The notes: generated by a model not told the origin, from the letters alone. Numbered from the stretch's first letter, positions 28,559 through 37,829 are shown. The stretch: 48,123 nucleotides of DNA from Acidobacteriota bacterium (GCA_027451805.1 DAIDIF010000053.1:1-48123); one strand, 5' to 3'. Numbers and translations: made by a program.

Positions 28559-29956
28559 TTAGCGGATCAGCGGATCGGAGGGAAGGTTGGGGTCGGTCAC
28601 CCGCAGGCCGCGCGCCAGTTCCGGATGGCGTGCGCGCAGCGCCTCGAACATCGCCCACGCTGCCCGGCGGTAGGCGATGTGCCCGCCCGGCGCGGTGCGC
28701 AGCTCGGCGATGTAGATCAGCTGCGCCAGGTCCATCTTGAACAGGCTGCGCTTGCGATATCCCAGCGGCAGCGCGTAGGCCGCCGCCGCCGGCCGCGCCG
28801 CCGCCCAGGCGCCCGCCGCCTCCATCGCCGCGCGGTAGGCGTCGTGCGCCGCGCTTGCCTCCACCGCCGGCGCGGTGTCGTAGCCGTGTGCCGGCGTGTA
28901 GCCCTGGTGCAGTTGCACGCAGCGGCGGTGCCGGTGCAGGTCGCGGAACCCGCCGATGTCCATCAGGATGTCGAACTGAAACGCGTAGCCCGCCTGCCAG
29001 GGCCGGGCCACGTCGTCGTGCGCGCCCCGTAGCCCGCGCTCGAGCGCGAGAATCTCCGCCCGCCGCGCCGCCGGCAGCGCCCCCACCGCCGCCAGCATCT
29101 GGCCATAGCTGTGGTGGGTGTGGGGATAGAGCAGCGCGGCCGCGACTTCGATTTCGAGCGTCGCCGGGCTCTCCAGATGCACCCCCGGCGCGGTCGCGGG
29201 CGCCACCCCCTGCAGCAGTTCCGCCGCCGCCTGCGCCAGCGCGGCGCGCGCCTGCTGTTGGTAAGGGTTGGGGTCGGTGTACCGCACCAGCGTCGGCACC
29301 GCCCCCGGCGCGCCCGCCGCCTGCTTCAGCGCCGCCCCCACCTCGCGGCACTCGCTCCACGGCGACGACAGCAGGCGCACGATCTGCTGCTCCAGCGTGC
29401 GCGCGCTGACGATCTGCCCCAGGCTGGTCGCCGTCCCCAGTGGTAAAAGGTAGCGGCTGGCGTCGAAGGCGCGGGCGCGCAGCGTGCGCCGGTAAGTCTC
29501 CGGCTTCATCGCCTCCGGCCGTGGATGCTCCGCCTCCAGCTCGGCCTCCACCTGCGCGCTCACCGCCTCGTAGGCGGCGAACAGCGCCGCCATCGCCGGC
29601 GCATAGCCGGGGTCGCTCTCCAACTCCGCCGGCGTGATGTGGCCCGAGGTCCGGAACTGCTGGTACCGGGTGGAGCGCTCCTGGCCGTCCCACCGCGATT
29701 CGTCGGCGACCTCGATCGCCGCCAGAATGGACAGCCGTTCGACCGCGAAGCTCAAGTGCGCCAGGTCCGCGATCGAGCGGTGGCCGTACTCGAAGTAAAA
29801 GGTGTTGAGAAACTTCTCCGCCTTCTGTTCGTCCAGCTCCTTCAGGCTCTCGCGCAGCGACAGCGCCGAGCGGCTGTAGCGTGCCATGGCGTAGGCCGCG
29901 ATCTCCGGCTCCACGCCGCTCACCAGGTAAACCTCATGCCCGTTGCGGGTAGGCAT
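28559..29956 (-). CDS. thyX: FAD-dependent thymidylate synthase, long tandem-domain form
   Basis: YGHRSIADLAH, QERSTRYQQF, RYLLPLGTATS, DIGGFRDLHRHR, ELRTAPGGHIAYR; start set at ATG 29956. Confidence 0.85.
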   Translation of the reverse strand: MPTRNGHEVYLVSGVEPEIAAYAMARYSRSALSLRESLKELDEQKAEKFLNTFYFEYGHRSIADLAHLSFAVERLSILAAIEVADESRWDGQERSTRYQQFRTSGHITPAELESDPGYAPAMAALFAAYEAVSAQVEAELEAEHPRPEAMKPETYRRTLRARAFDASRYLLPLGTATSLGQIVSARTLEQQIVRLLSSPWSECREVGAALKQAAGAPGAVPTLVRYTDPNPYQQQARAALAQAAAELLQGVAPATAPGVHLESPATLEIEVAAALLYPHTHHSYGQMLAAVGALPAARRAEILALERGLRGAHDDVARPWQAGYAFQFDILMDIGGFRDLHRHRRCVQLHQGYTPAHGYDTAPAVEASAAHDAYRAAMEAAGAWAAARPAAAAYALPLGYRKRSLFKMDLAQLIYIAELRTAPGGHIAYRRAAWAMFEALRARHPELARGLRVTDPNLPSDPLIR

Positions 29957-30002
29957 GCCGCCTATTGTCCCACGGGGCGGCCGACGTGCCATGCTGGAAG
30001 GC

Positions 30003-31349
30003 ATGCCGGTTGCGCCCGCCCGTGCGTTCGCCCGCGATGTGCTGCTTGCCGTCGAGCAGCGCGCCGCCTACGCCGCTGACATGCTGCACGGCCGCCCCGC
30101 GCGCGAGCTCAGCCCCGAGGACCTGCGCCTGGCCACCGAACTGGTGATGGGCGTGCTGCGCTGGCGCGGCCAGCTCGACTACGTCCTGGAGCGCGCCGCC
30201 CGGCGCAAGGTCGAGGCCATGGCCCCGCTGGCCCGCGTGGCGCTGCGGCTGGGCGCCTACCAGCTGCGCTTCCTCACCCGGGTGCCGGCGCAGGCGGCCG
30301 TGCACCAGAGTGTCGAGATCGCCAAGGCCGAAGGGCCGCATCTCGGCGGCTTTGTCAACGCCGTGCTGCGCCATTTGCCGCGCGAGCCGCTGGCCGCGCT
30401 GCTCGGCGCCGAGGCCGATCTCGGCCGCCGCCGCGAGGCCGAGTTCTCCCATCCCGCCTGGCTGCTCGAGCGCTGGAGCCGCAACTTCTCCCCGCAGGCC
30501 GCTGACGCCGTCGCCGAGTACGATAACCAGCCCCCGCCCGTGGCCATCCGCCGCGCCGCCGCCGCCGTCGGCACCGAAGGCGCCGCCGCGCTGGGGCCCG
30601 CGCCCGTCGAGGGCGTCGAGCTGGCGCCCGGCCGCATCCTGCGCAGCGCGCAGCGCGTCGTCGCCGGCGATGTCACCAAAACCGCGGCCTACCGCCGCCG
30701 CGCGCTCTGGGTGCAGGACGAAGCCTCGCAGCTCATCCCCTGGCTGCTCGAACCCCTGCCCGGCGAGCGTATCCTCGACGCCTGCGCCGCCCCGGGCGGC
30801 AAGGCCGCCTGGCTGCGCGCGGCCGCCCCCGGCGGCTTGCTGGTCGCGCTCGAGCGCCATGAGTACCGCGCCCGGTTGCTGCGCCGCCGCGTCCCGGGTG
30901 CCGCCGTTGTGGTGGGCGACGCCGGCCGCCTGCCGCTGGCGGGTGGTTTCGACGCCATCCTGCTCGATGCGCCCTGCACCGGTACCGGGACCCTGGCGCG
31001 CAACCCGGAAATCCGCTGGCGGCTGCGGCCCGAGGACCCGGCGCGGCTGGCGCAGTTGCAACTCGCCCTGCTGCGGTCAACGGCGGCGGCGCTGCGCCCC
31101 CGCGGCCGCTTGCTCTACAGCGTCTGTTCGATCGAGCCCGAAGAGGGCGAAGACGTGGTTGCCGCCGCGCTCGCCGCCGACCCCCGCCTCGAGCGCCTGC
31201 CGGCGGCGACGGTGCTGGCCCGGCTCGCCCATGCCGGCGCCCTGACGGTGGCGGCAACCGCCCTCACCGCCGGCGACGATCTCCGCCTCCTGCCCGGCGC
31301 GCTCGGCACCGACGGCTTCTTTGCCGCCTTGCTCCGCCGCCGGGCTTAG
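30003..31349 (+). CDS. rsmB: 16S rRNA m5C967 methyltransferase RsmB/Sun
   Basis: NusB-like N-terminus (LRLGAYQL, FVNAVLR), SHPAWL, VQDEASQ, DACAAPGGK, DAPCTGTG, YSVCS, DGFF. Confidence 0.9.
   Translation: MPVAPARAFARDVLLAVEQRAAYAADMLHGRPARELSPEDLRLATELVMGVLRWRGQLDYVLERAARRKVEAMAPLARVALRLGAYQLRFLTRVPAQAAVHQSVEIAKAEGPHLGGFVNAVLRHLPREPLAALLGAEADLGRRREAEFSHPAWLLERWSRNFSPQAADAVAEYDNQPPPVAIRRAAAAVGTEGAAALGPAPVEGVELAPGRILRSAQRVVAGDVTKTAAYRRRALWVQDEASQLIPWLLEPLPGERILDACAAPGGKAAWLRAAAPGGLLVALERHEYRARLLRRRVPGAAVVVGDAGRLPLAGGFDAILLDAPCTGTGTLARNPEIRWRLRPEDPARLAQLQLALLRSTAAALRPRGRLLYSVCSIEPEEGEDVVAAALAADPRLERLPAATVLARLAHAGALTVAATALTAGDDLRLLPGALGTDGFFAALLRRRA
30579..30610 (+). repeat. Dispersed repeat copy 3, in-frame inside rsmB
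   Basis: ggcgccgccgcgctggggcccgcgcccgtcga; 29/32 identical to 36719-36750; encodes GAAALGPAPVE. Confidence 0.7.
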
Positions 31350-31350
31350 C

Positions 31351-31377
31351 GCCTCGCGGGGGCCGCGCCAGTCAATG
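31351..31377 (+). repeat. Dispersed repeat copy 4 (degenerate)
   Basis: gcctcgcgggggccgcgccagtcaatg; 24/28 with one gap versus 36725-36752; its TCA is the stop of the BON gene. Confidence 0.55.
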
Positions 31378-31947
31378 CCGCTCCCGCCGCGGCACGCGGA
31401 TGTCGTTCTCTAGCTTGCGCCCGTCGGCGTTGGCGCGCGCAATCTCGCCGGCTTCGTCTTTGGCGTGCGGCGAGTCCGCGCGCCCGCCCAGCGTGACCTG
31501 CGCCTGGCGGACGGTGACGGTCACTTGCCCCATCCCCGGTTTCGCCGCCAGTGCGTTGAGGATCGCCGCCTGCACATCGGCGCTGCTGGCCGCGGTCGCG
31601 GGCTCGGCGCTCCGGGCGGGCGCGGCGGCGGCGCCCGCCAGCGGCAGGGCGGCGGCGTTGACGGCGATCCGGTTCTCCACCTCATGCACGCCGGCCACCC
31701 GCTGGACGACGTGGCTGGCGCGGTCCTTGTCCCGCTTCGTGGGCAAGGCGCCATGGAGCACGACGCGGCCGTCGGCGCCCACGCTGGCGTCGAGCGGGTA
31801 CCGGCCCAGTTTCGGGTCCGCGATCAGCGCTTGCAGCACCGCGGTGCGCACCCCTGCCACCGTCTCCCGCGTTTGTGCCACCCCCGCCGCTCCCCCCACC
31901 CGCGCTGCCAGCGCCGCCGCCAACCAGCACGCCCATAACCACTGCAT
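31372..31947 (-). CDS. Exported protein with two BON domains (OsmY-like)
   Basis: Signal peptide; GRVVLHG...VAGVHEVENRIAV and QVTLGG...LENDIRV. Confidence 0.82.
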   Translation of the reverse strand: MQWLWACWLAAALAARVGGAAGVAQTRETVAGVRTAVLQALIADPKLGRYPLDASVGADGRVVLHGALPTKRDKDRASHVVQRVAGVHEVENRIAVNAAALPLAGAAAAPARSAEPATAASSADVQAAILNALAAKPGMGQVTVTVRQAQVTLGGRADSPHAKDEAGEIARANADGRKLENDIRVPRRERH

Positions 31948-32019
31948 AATCTTTTGCCCTGCCCCGCCGATACACCTATGGAAGGAGTAGGTTGGCCACA
32001 GGTTGTCCCGGGTCTCCTT

Positions 32020-32049
32020 TTGACCGGTGCCGGCTGCCTCGCATATAGT
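32020..32049 (+). promoter_or_regulatory. Putative sigma70 promoter for the GGDEF gene
   Basis: TTGACC-18 nt-TATAGT, 38 nt upstream of ATG 32088. Confidence 0.55.
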
Positions 32050-32087
32050 TACGGGGACTCTGGCCCGAGTCAGAGGCCGCCTCCGCT

Positions 32088-34256
32088 ATGGAATTGCAAT
32101 ACGCCAGCGTGGCTTTGTGCGCTATGGCCCTGCCGCTCTTTGCCTATGTGCAACTGAGCCGGCGCGACGCGCGGCTGCAGGGCTGGGTGGGCTTTTGGAC
32201 GGCGTTGCTGGCGCAGTCGGCGCTGCTGGCGGCGGATCCGGCGCCGGGTTCGTGGCTGCTGCGCATCGCCGGCGTGTGCGGCGTGGCCGCGGCGGCGATG
32301 CTGCTGTTCAGCGCCCGGCGCCTGCTCACCGAAGCCCGGCCGCTGGCGCTCGACCGTCGCTGGCGCTATGTCTTCTGGAGCCTGACGGCGCTGGCCCTGG
32401 GGCTGACGCTGGCGCCCGCGCCTTGGTCGGCCGGGGCGGCGTGGGCGCTGGGCGCACTGCTGGCGGCGGCGGTGGCGCTGTTCTGGATGCTGGGCCCCTG
32501 GCCCCACCGCCTGCTGGCGCTCGCCACCGCGCTCTGGGGCGCGGCGTTGCTGCCGCACTATCCCCTGCCGCTGCCGGCCGTGGTGCTGGCGCCGCTGTGC
32601 TTCTCCTGGGCCATGCTCTGGCTCATCTGCCACCGCGCCGCCGCGCCTTCCCTCACCGCGCCCGCGCCCGAGCAGTTGCAGCTCTTCCGCCAGTCTGTGC
32701 GCCGTAGCCGCGAGTTCGAGATTCTGACCCATATCGGCACCGCGCTCAGCGCCTCCCTCGACGCCGACGGCTTGCTGCAGACCATCCACACCCAACTGCA
32801 GAAGTTGATGGACGTGCGCAGCTTCTACGTCGCCTTCCAGGATTTGGAGCAGGATGAGATCCGGTTCGCCTTCGAGGTCGAGGACGGCGTTCGCGTGCCG
32901 CCGCGGAGCCGTGCCCGCACCAACGCCCTCACCGAACACATCATCGCCACCGGCCGGCCGCTGCTGATCTCGCGCGACGTCACCGGCTATGTCGTGCAGC
33001 ATGGCCTGGCGCTGAGCGGCAAACCCGCCCGCAATTGGATGGGCGTGCCGGTGATGCTGCAGGGCCAGCCTTGCGGCGTGATCGCGGTGCAGAGCAGCGA
33101 CCGCGACGACGCCTACGACACCGAGCATCTGCATGTGCTCGAGATCCTCGCCAGCCAGGCGGGCGTGGCGCTCGATAACGCCCGGCTGTTCGCCGAAGTG
33201 CAGCGCGACGCCGGCCAGAAGACCTTCCTCAACCACATCGCCCGCCTCACCATCTCCACCCTCTCGCCTCCGGAGATGCTGGCCAATGTGGTGGCCGAAA
33301 GTGCGCGCGCCTTCCATTACGACCACATCGCGGTGGTGCTCCTGCGCCCGGCCTCGGACCACGATGATCACCCCGAACTCGAGGTGGCCGCGGCCGCCGG
33401 CGCCCACCCCGGCGTGTTGGTGGCGCGCCGCCGCCTGCCGCTGGGCGAAGGGCTGGCCGGGCGCGCCGCCGAAACCGGCGAGCTGCAGCAGGCGGCGACT
33501 CCCGGCAATCGCGAGTGGGCCGCCTGCGCCGAGGCGCGCTCCGGGTTGGCGCTGCCCATCCGTTACGCCGGCCAGACGCTGGGCGTGCTGCACTTGGAGA
33601 GCCACGCCCCGAACGGCTTCCCCGCCGACCAGGTGCTGGTGCTGCAGACCCTCACCGACCAGATCGCGGTGGCGCTCAACCACGCCAACCTGTTCCAGCA
33701 GCTCCAGCATCAGGCCATCACCGATAGCCTCACCAGCCTGAAGACCCGCCGCTTCTTCATGGAGGCGCTGCAGGCGGAGTGGCGCCGGGCGCGCGCCGCC
33801 AGCCTGGAGGGCGGCGAGTCGGGCTTTGCCATCGTGCTGGTGGATCTCAACGATTTCAAGCCCCTCAACGACCGCTACGGCCACCTCGAGGGCGACCGCA
33901 TCCTGGTGCGCGTCGCCCGCCTGCTCGAACAGAAGAGCCGCGCCAGCAGCGTGGTGGCGCGCTACGGCGGCGACGAGTTCATCATCCTCGTGCCCGCTTG
34001 CCAGCCCGAGATTGCGCGCCTCCTGCCGCAGCGGATGCAGGCGGCGCTGGATGAGGATCCGGTGCTGGTGCAGCGCGGCGTGCGCGGCAGCTTCGGGCTG
34101 GCGGTGTACCCCGACGCCGGCGCCTCGCCGGAAGATCTGCTGCACGCCGCCGACGCCGCTATGTACCGCGCCAAGCAGGCCGACCAGCGCCGCCAGGCGG
34201 CCGACGAGTCTCCCGACTACGGCCGCGCGCCGGAGCGGGCGGTATTGCCGCAGTAA
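32088..34256 (+). CDS. Membrane-bound diguanylate cyclase with two GAF domains
   Basis: Hydrophobic N-terminus, two GAF-like segments (WMGVPV..GVIAVQS; LALPI..LGVLHLES), TDSLTSL, DLNDFKPLNDRYGHLEGD, RYGGDEF, ADAAMYRAK. Confidence 0.92.
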   Translation: MELQYASVALCAMALPLFAYVQLSRRDARLQGWVGFWTALLAQSALLAADPAPGSWLLRIAGVCGVAAAAMLLFSARRLLTEARPLALDRRWRYVFWSLTALALGLTLAPAPWSAGAAWALGALLAAAVALFWMLGPWPHRLLALATALWGAALLPHYPLPLPAVVLAPLCFSWAMLWLICHRAAAPSLTAPAPEQLQLFRQSVRRSREFEILTHIGTALSASLDADGLLQTIHTQLQKLMDVRSFYVAFQDLEQDEIRFAFEVEDGVRVPPRSRARTNALTEHIIATGRPLLISRDVTGYVVQHGLALSGKPARNWMGVPVMLQGQPCGVIAVQSSDRDDAYDTEHLHVLEILASQAGVALDNARLFAEVQRDAGQKTFLNHIARLTISTLSPPEMLANVVAESARAFHYDHIAVVLLRPASDHDDHPELEVAAAAGAHPGVLVARRRLPLGEGLAGRAAETGELQQAATPGNREWAACAEARSGLALPIRYAGQTLGVLHLESHAPNGFPADQVLVLQTLTDQIAVALNHANLFQQLQHQAITDSLTSLKTRRFFMEALQAEWRRARAASLEGGESGFAIVLVDLNDFKPLNDRYGHLEGDRILVRVARLLEQKSRASSVVARYGGDEFIILVPACQPEIARLLPQRMQAALDEDPVLVQRGVRGSFGLAVYPDAGASPEDLLHAADAAMYRAKQADQRRQAADESPDYGRAPERAVLPQ

Positions 34257-34375
34257 ACCGATTCGGACGCGGCGATCTTGCGTCGCCTCCCGTCTGGTTG
34301 TATGGTCAGTAGGCTTTGGGTAGCACCCCGCTTGCCCCCGCAGTGTAGTAGCAGTGCAGCGCAAGGAAGCGTGCC

Positions 34376-36700
34376 ATGGCGCCGGTGTACCCCGGGCAGT
34401 ATGCGGAGGCAAGAGAGCGGATTTGGCGGCGATGCGCGCGCATCGCCGCCGCTGCTACCGGTGTGGCCGCGCTCGGCGCGCTGGCGCACGGCGCCGCGCC
34501 CGCCAATGCCGACCCCGTGGTGGCGGCCGCCGCCGCCATTCTGCTGCTCGCTCCCGCTCGCGGCGCCCGCCGGCGCTGGGCGCGGGGGTTGGGCTGGGCC
34601 GCCGCCGCCGCCCTGGCCGCCGCCGCGCTCACCTTCTGGGTGCCGGCGTTGGCTCATGCCAGCCTGCGCCCGCCGGTCGCTTCCGCCGCCGTCTGCTTCC
34701 TGCTGCTCGGCGTCTCCTTGCTGCTGAAACCGCGCTGGCCCGCCTGGGCCGCCAGTGCCGACATCCTGGTCGCCTTTGTCGGCCTGGTCACGATGCTGCT
34801 CTATGCCTTTAGTCCCTACGCGGTGCGGCAGCGGCTCACCGTGACGCCCATGATGCCGCTGCCGCTGGCCGCCGCCGTCTTCGTCCTGGCCGGCGCCTGG
34901 ATGGCCTCCCAGCCCCGCCTGCGCCCGGTGAGTTTCTTCCTCGAAACCGGCTCCGCCGGCGCGGTCATGCGCCGCCTGCTGCCGCTCACGCTCCTGGGCC
35001 CGGTGCTGCTCGCCGCGCTCGCGGCGCTGCGCTTTCACGACTACGACTTCGCCGCCCGGGTGGCGCAGATGGCGGTCGTCGCCGGCACCGTGTTTTTCGG
35101 CGCCGCCCTGTTCTGGTACATCGCCCGCCTGCTCGATCGCCGCGATGCGCTCGCGCGCGCCGCCGATGTCGAGCTGCGCGCTTCCGAAGAACGCTACCGC
35201 CTGCTGTTCGAGAACAACCCGCAGCCGATGTGGATCTTCGACAGCGCCACGCTCCGCTTCCTGGCGGTCAATGCCAGCGCGCTGGCGAAGTTCGGCTATG
35301 CCCGCGCCGAGTTCCTGCGCATGACCATCCTCGATGTCCGCCCGCCGGAGGAGGCCGAGGCCGTCCGCCGCGTGGTGGCGGCCGGCGCCGACGGCTGCGG
35401 CCGCATCTGGCCCTACTCCACCAAGGACGGTCGCTTGCTGCTGGCCAAGGTGTTCGTCCACCCCACCGAATGGCGCGGCCACGCCGCACGGCTGACCATG
35501 ATGGAGGACGTCACCGAGCACCTCGCGGCGGAAACCCGGGTGCAGACCCTGCTGGAGTCCACCACCGAGGGCATCCTGGCCACCGATGGCCAGGGCCGCT
35601 GCATCTGGTGCAACCCCGCCGCCGTGCAGTTGCTCGGTCTCCCCTCCGTCGAGGAGTTGCTGGGCAGGAACACCCATGCGCTGGCGCATCACACCCGCGC
35701 CGACGGCAGCCCATACCCGGAAGCCGAGTGCGAGATGGTGCTCGCCACCCGCGCCGGCCGCACCGGCAGCGGCGACGAGGACCTGCTTTGGCGCGCCGAC
35801 GGCACCAGCTTCTACGCCGACTGGCGCAGCGCGCCGCTGCGCGGCCACTCCAGTGCGGGCGCGGCGGTGATTACCTTCCGCGATGTCACCGAGCGCCGCA
35901 ATCTGCGGCGGCAGTTCCAGCAGGCGCAGAAGATGGAGGCGGTGGGACGCCTGGCCGCCGGCATCGCGCACGACTTCAACAACTTGCTCACCGTCATCAA
36001 CGGCTACACCGAGCTGCTGCTCTCGCGCCCGGAGGGGGCGGGCGGGGAGGAGGCGCGGGCGCGCGTGGCCGGCATCCGCAAGGCGGGCGAGCGCGCCGCT
36101 GGACTGACCCGGCAGTTGCTGGCGTTCAGCCGCCAGCAGGCGATGGAGCCGAGGGTGCTCGATCTCAACGCCGTGGTGGCGGAGTTGGAGCCGCTGCTCC
36201 GCCGCATGGTGGGCGAGGACGTGGAGATCGCCGCCACCCTCGCCCGCGACCTGGGCGCAGTCCGTGCCGATCCCGGCCAGCTCGGCCAGGTGCTGATGAA
36301 CTTGGCGGTCAACGCCCGCGACGCCATGCCCAACGGCGGCACGCTGACCATCGCCACCGCCAACGTTGCGCTCGATGCCCGCGCCGTCGCCGACCTTCCC
36401 GGCCTCGCGCCCGGCGACTACGTCGCCCTGGCGGTCACCGACACCGGCGCCGGCATGGATGCCGCCACGCTCAGCCACATCTTCGAGCCCTTCTTCACCA
36501 CCAAACCGGTGGGGCAGGGCACCGGGTTGGGCTTGGCCACCGTGTTCGGCATCGCCCAGCAGAGCGGGGGCGCGGTCGCGGTGCAGAGCGAGCTCGGCCG
36601 CGGCACCACCATGCAGGTCTTCCTGCCCCGGCTGGCCCCGCCCGTCGCGATCGCGGACGGCTGCCCGGACACTCCGCGCGGCAACCGGACGACGCCCTGA
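34376..36700 (+). CDS. Membrane PAS-PAS sensor histidine kinase without receiver domain
   Basis: TM region, two PAS domains, H-box AHDFNNLL, N-box NLAVNARDAM, DTGAGM, IFEPFFTTK, GTGLGL; start uncertain. Confidence 0.88.
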   Translation: MAPVYPGQYAEARERIWRRCARIAAAATGVAALGALAHGAAPANADPVVAAAAAILLLAPARGARRRWARGLGWAAAAALAAAALTFWVPALAHASLRPPVASAAVCFLLLGVSLLLKPRWPAWAASADILVAFVGLVTMLLYAFSPYAVRQRLTVTPMMPLPLAAAVFVLAGAWMASQPRLRPVSFFLETGSAGAVMRRLLPLTLLGPVLLAALAALRFHDYDFAARVAQMAVVAGTVFFGAALFWYIARLLDRRDALARAADVELRASEERYRLLFENNPQPMWIFDSATLRFLAVNASALAKFGYARAEFLRMTILDVRPPEEAEAVRRVVAAGADGCGRIWPYSTKDGRLLLAKVFVHPTEWRGHAARLTMMEDVTEHLAAETRVQTLLESTTEGILATDGQGRCIWCNPAAVQLLGLPSVEELLGRNTHALAHHTRADGSPYPEAECEMVLATRAGRTGSGDEDLLWRADGTSFYADWRSAPLRGHSSAGAAVITFRDVTERRNLRRQFQQAQKMEAVGRLAAGIAHDFNNLLTVINGYTELLLSRPEGAGGEEARARVAGIRKAGERAAGLTRQLLAFSRQQAMEPRVLDLNAVVAELEPLLRRMVGEDVEIAATLARDLGAVRADPGQLGQVLMNLAVNARDAMPNGGTLTIATANVALDARAVADLPGLAPGDYVALAVTDTGAGMDAATLSHIFEPFFTTKPVGQGTGLGLATVFGIAQQSGGAVAVQSELGRGTTMQVFLPRLAPPVAIADGCPDTPRGNRTTP

Positions 36701-36713
36701 GCGCCGGCCTGCC

Positions 36714-36753
36714 CGCGCGGCGCAGCCGCGCTGGGGCCCGCGCCTGTCAATGT
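36714..36753 (+). repeat. Dispersed repeat copy 5 (full length)
   Basis: cgcgcggcgcagccgcgctggggcccgcgcctgtcaatgt; contains perfect hairpin GCGCGGC-GCA-GCCGCGC. Confidence 0.9.
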
Positions 36754-36794
36754 CGCCCAGGTGCGCGCTGCGCCTAAGCACGTACAATTTCAGT

Positions 36795-37790
36795 ATGGAC
36801 TTTGATGCCGTGCTGCTGGTGTCGTTCGGCGGGCCCGAGCGGCGCGAGGACGTGCTGCCCTTCCTCGACCAGGTGCTGCGCGGCAAGCATGTCCCGGAGG
36901 CCCGCAAGCTGGAGGTGGCCGAGCATTATTACCGCTGCGGCGGCCGCAGCCCCATCGCCCCCGCCACCCGCGCCATGGTGGCCGCGCTCGAGCGCGCGCT
37001 GGCCGCCGCCGGCCCCGGCCTGCCCGTCTACCAGGGCAATCGCAACTGGCATCCGCTCCTGCCCGAGGCGCTCGAGCGCATGCGCCGCGACGGCCGCCGG
37101 CGCGCGCTGGCGCTGGTCACGTCGGCCTTCGGCTCTTATTCCGGATGCCGTCAGTACCAGGAAGACATTGACCGCGCCCGTGCCGAAGTGGGCCCCGGCG
37201 CCCCCGAGGTGGAGAAACTTCCGCCCTTCGGCCTGCGGCCCGAGTTCGCCGCCATCTGGACGGAGCGGGTCCGCGCGGCGCTGGCGGAGGTGGAAAACCC
37301 GCGCCTGATCTTCACCGCTCACAGCATCCCGGTGAGCATGGCCCAAACCAGTCCCTACCAGCGCCAACTCCAGGCCGTCTGCGCGCGCGTGGCCGAGGCG
37401 GCGGGGGCGGCCAGCTTCCGGCTGGCCTACCAGAGCCGCAGCGGCCCCCCCGCGCAGCCCTGGCTCGAGCCCGGCCTGGAAGCCGTGCTGGCCGAGGAGG
37501 CCCGCGCCGGCGCGCGCAGCGTCGTGGTCGCGCCCATCGGCTTTCTGTCCGACCACATGGAAGTGGTGTACGACCTCGATCAGGAGGCGCGGGCGCAGGC
37601 GCAGGCGCTCGGCTTGGGTTGGGCGCGCGTCGCCACCCCCGGCGATCATCCCCGCTTTGCCGCGCTCTTGCGCGCGCTGGTGGCCGAGCGCGCCGCCGGC
37701 CCGCCGCCGCCCACCGCGCTCGCCTGCGCCGCCGGCTGCTGCCTCGCCGCCGCCGGCTCCCCTTCCCAGCGCGCCTCGCGCCGAGCCTGA
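36795..37790 (+). CDS. hemH: Ferrochelatase
   Basis: LLVSFGGP, GGRSP, GNRNWHP, FTAHSIP, YQSRSG..PWLEP, GFLSDHMEVVYDLD; start ATG 36795. Confidence 0.93.
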   Translation: MDFDAVLLVSFGGPERREDVLPFLDQVLRGKHVPEARKLEVAEHYYRCGGRSPIAPATRAMVAALERALAAAGPGLPVYQGNRNWHPLLPEALERMRRDGRRRALALVTSAFGSYSGCRQYQEDIDRARAEVGPGAPEVEKLPPFGLRPEFAAIWTERVRAALAEVENPRLIFTAHSIPVSMAQTSPYQRQLQAVCARVAEAAGAASFRLAYQSRSGPPAQPWLEPGLEAVLAEEARAGARSVVVAPIGFLSDHMEVVYDLDQEARAQAQALGLGWARVATPGDHPRFAALLRALVAERAAGPPPPTALACAAGCCLAAAGSPSQRASRRA

Positions 37791-37829
37791 TCCTCCCGGC
37801 TCCGCACGCCCAATGCTATCCTGCCCAAC

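Noticed and set aside
25831-36753. Repeats as a CRISPR array
   Set aside because: Copies are separated by 0.7-5 kb of ordinary genes, not by regular spacers, and there are no cas genes.
36714-36753. Repeat as a minus-strand sigma70 promoter (TTGACA)
   Set aside because: No -10-like hexamer lies 16-18 nt downstream of the TTGA(C/T) in the copies checked.
36698-36805. Selenocysteine read-through of the kinase TGA, given the downstream hairpin and selA in the window
   Set aside because: Read-through adds only about 34 aa derived from the repeat, with no domain. No TGA here aligns with a catalytic Cys position, and the redox proteins in the window already have Cys.
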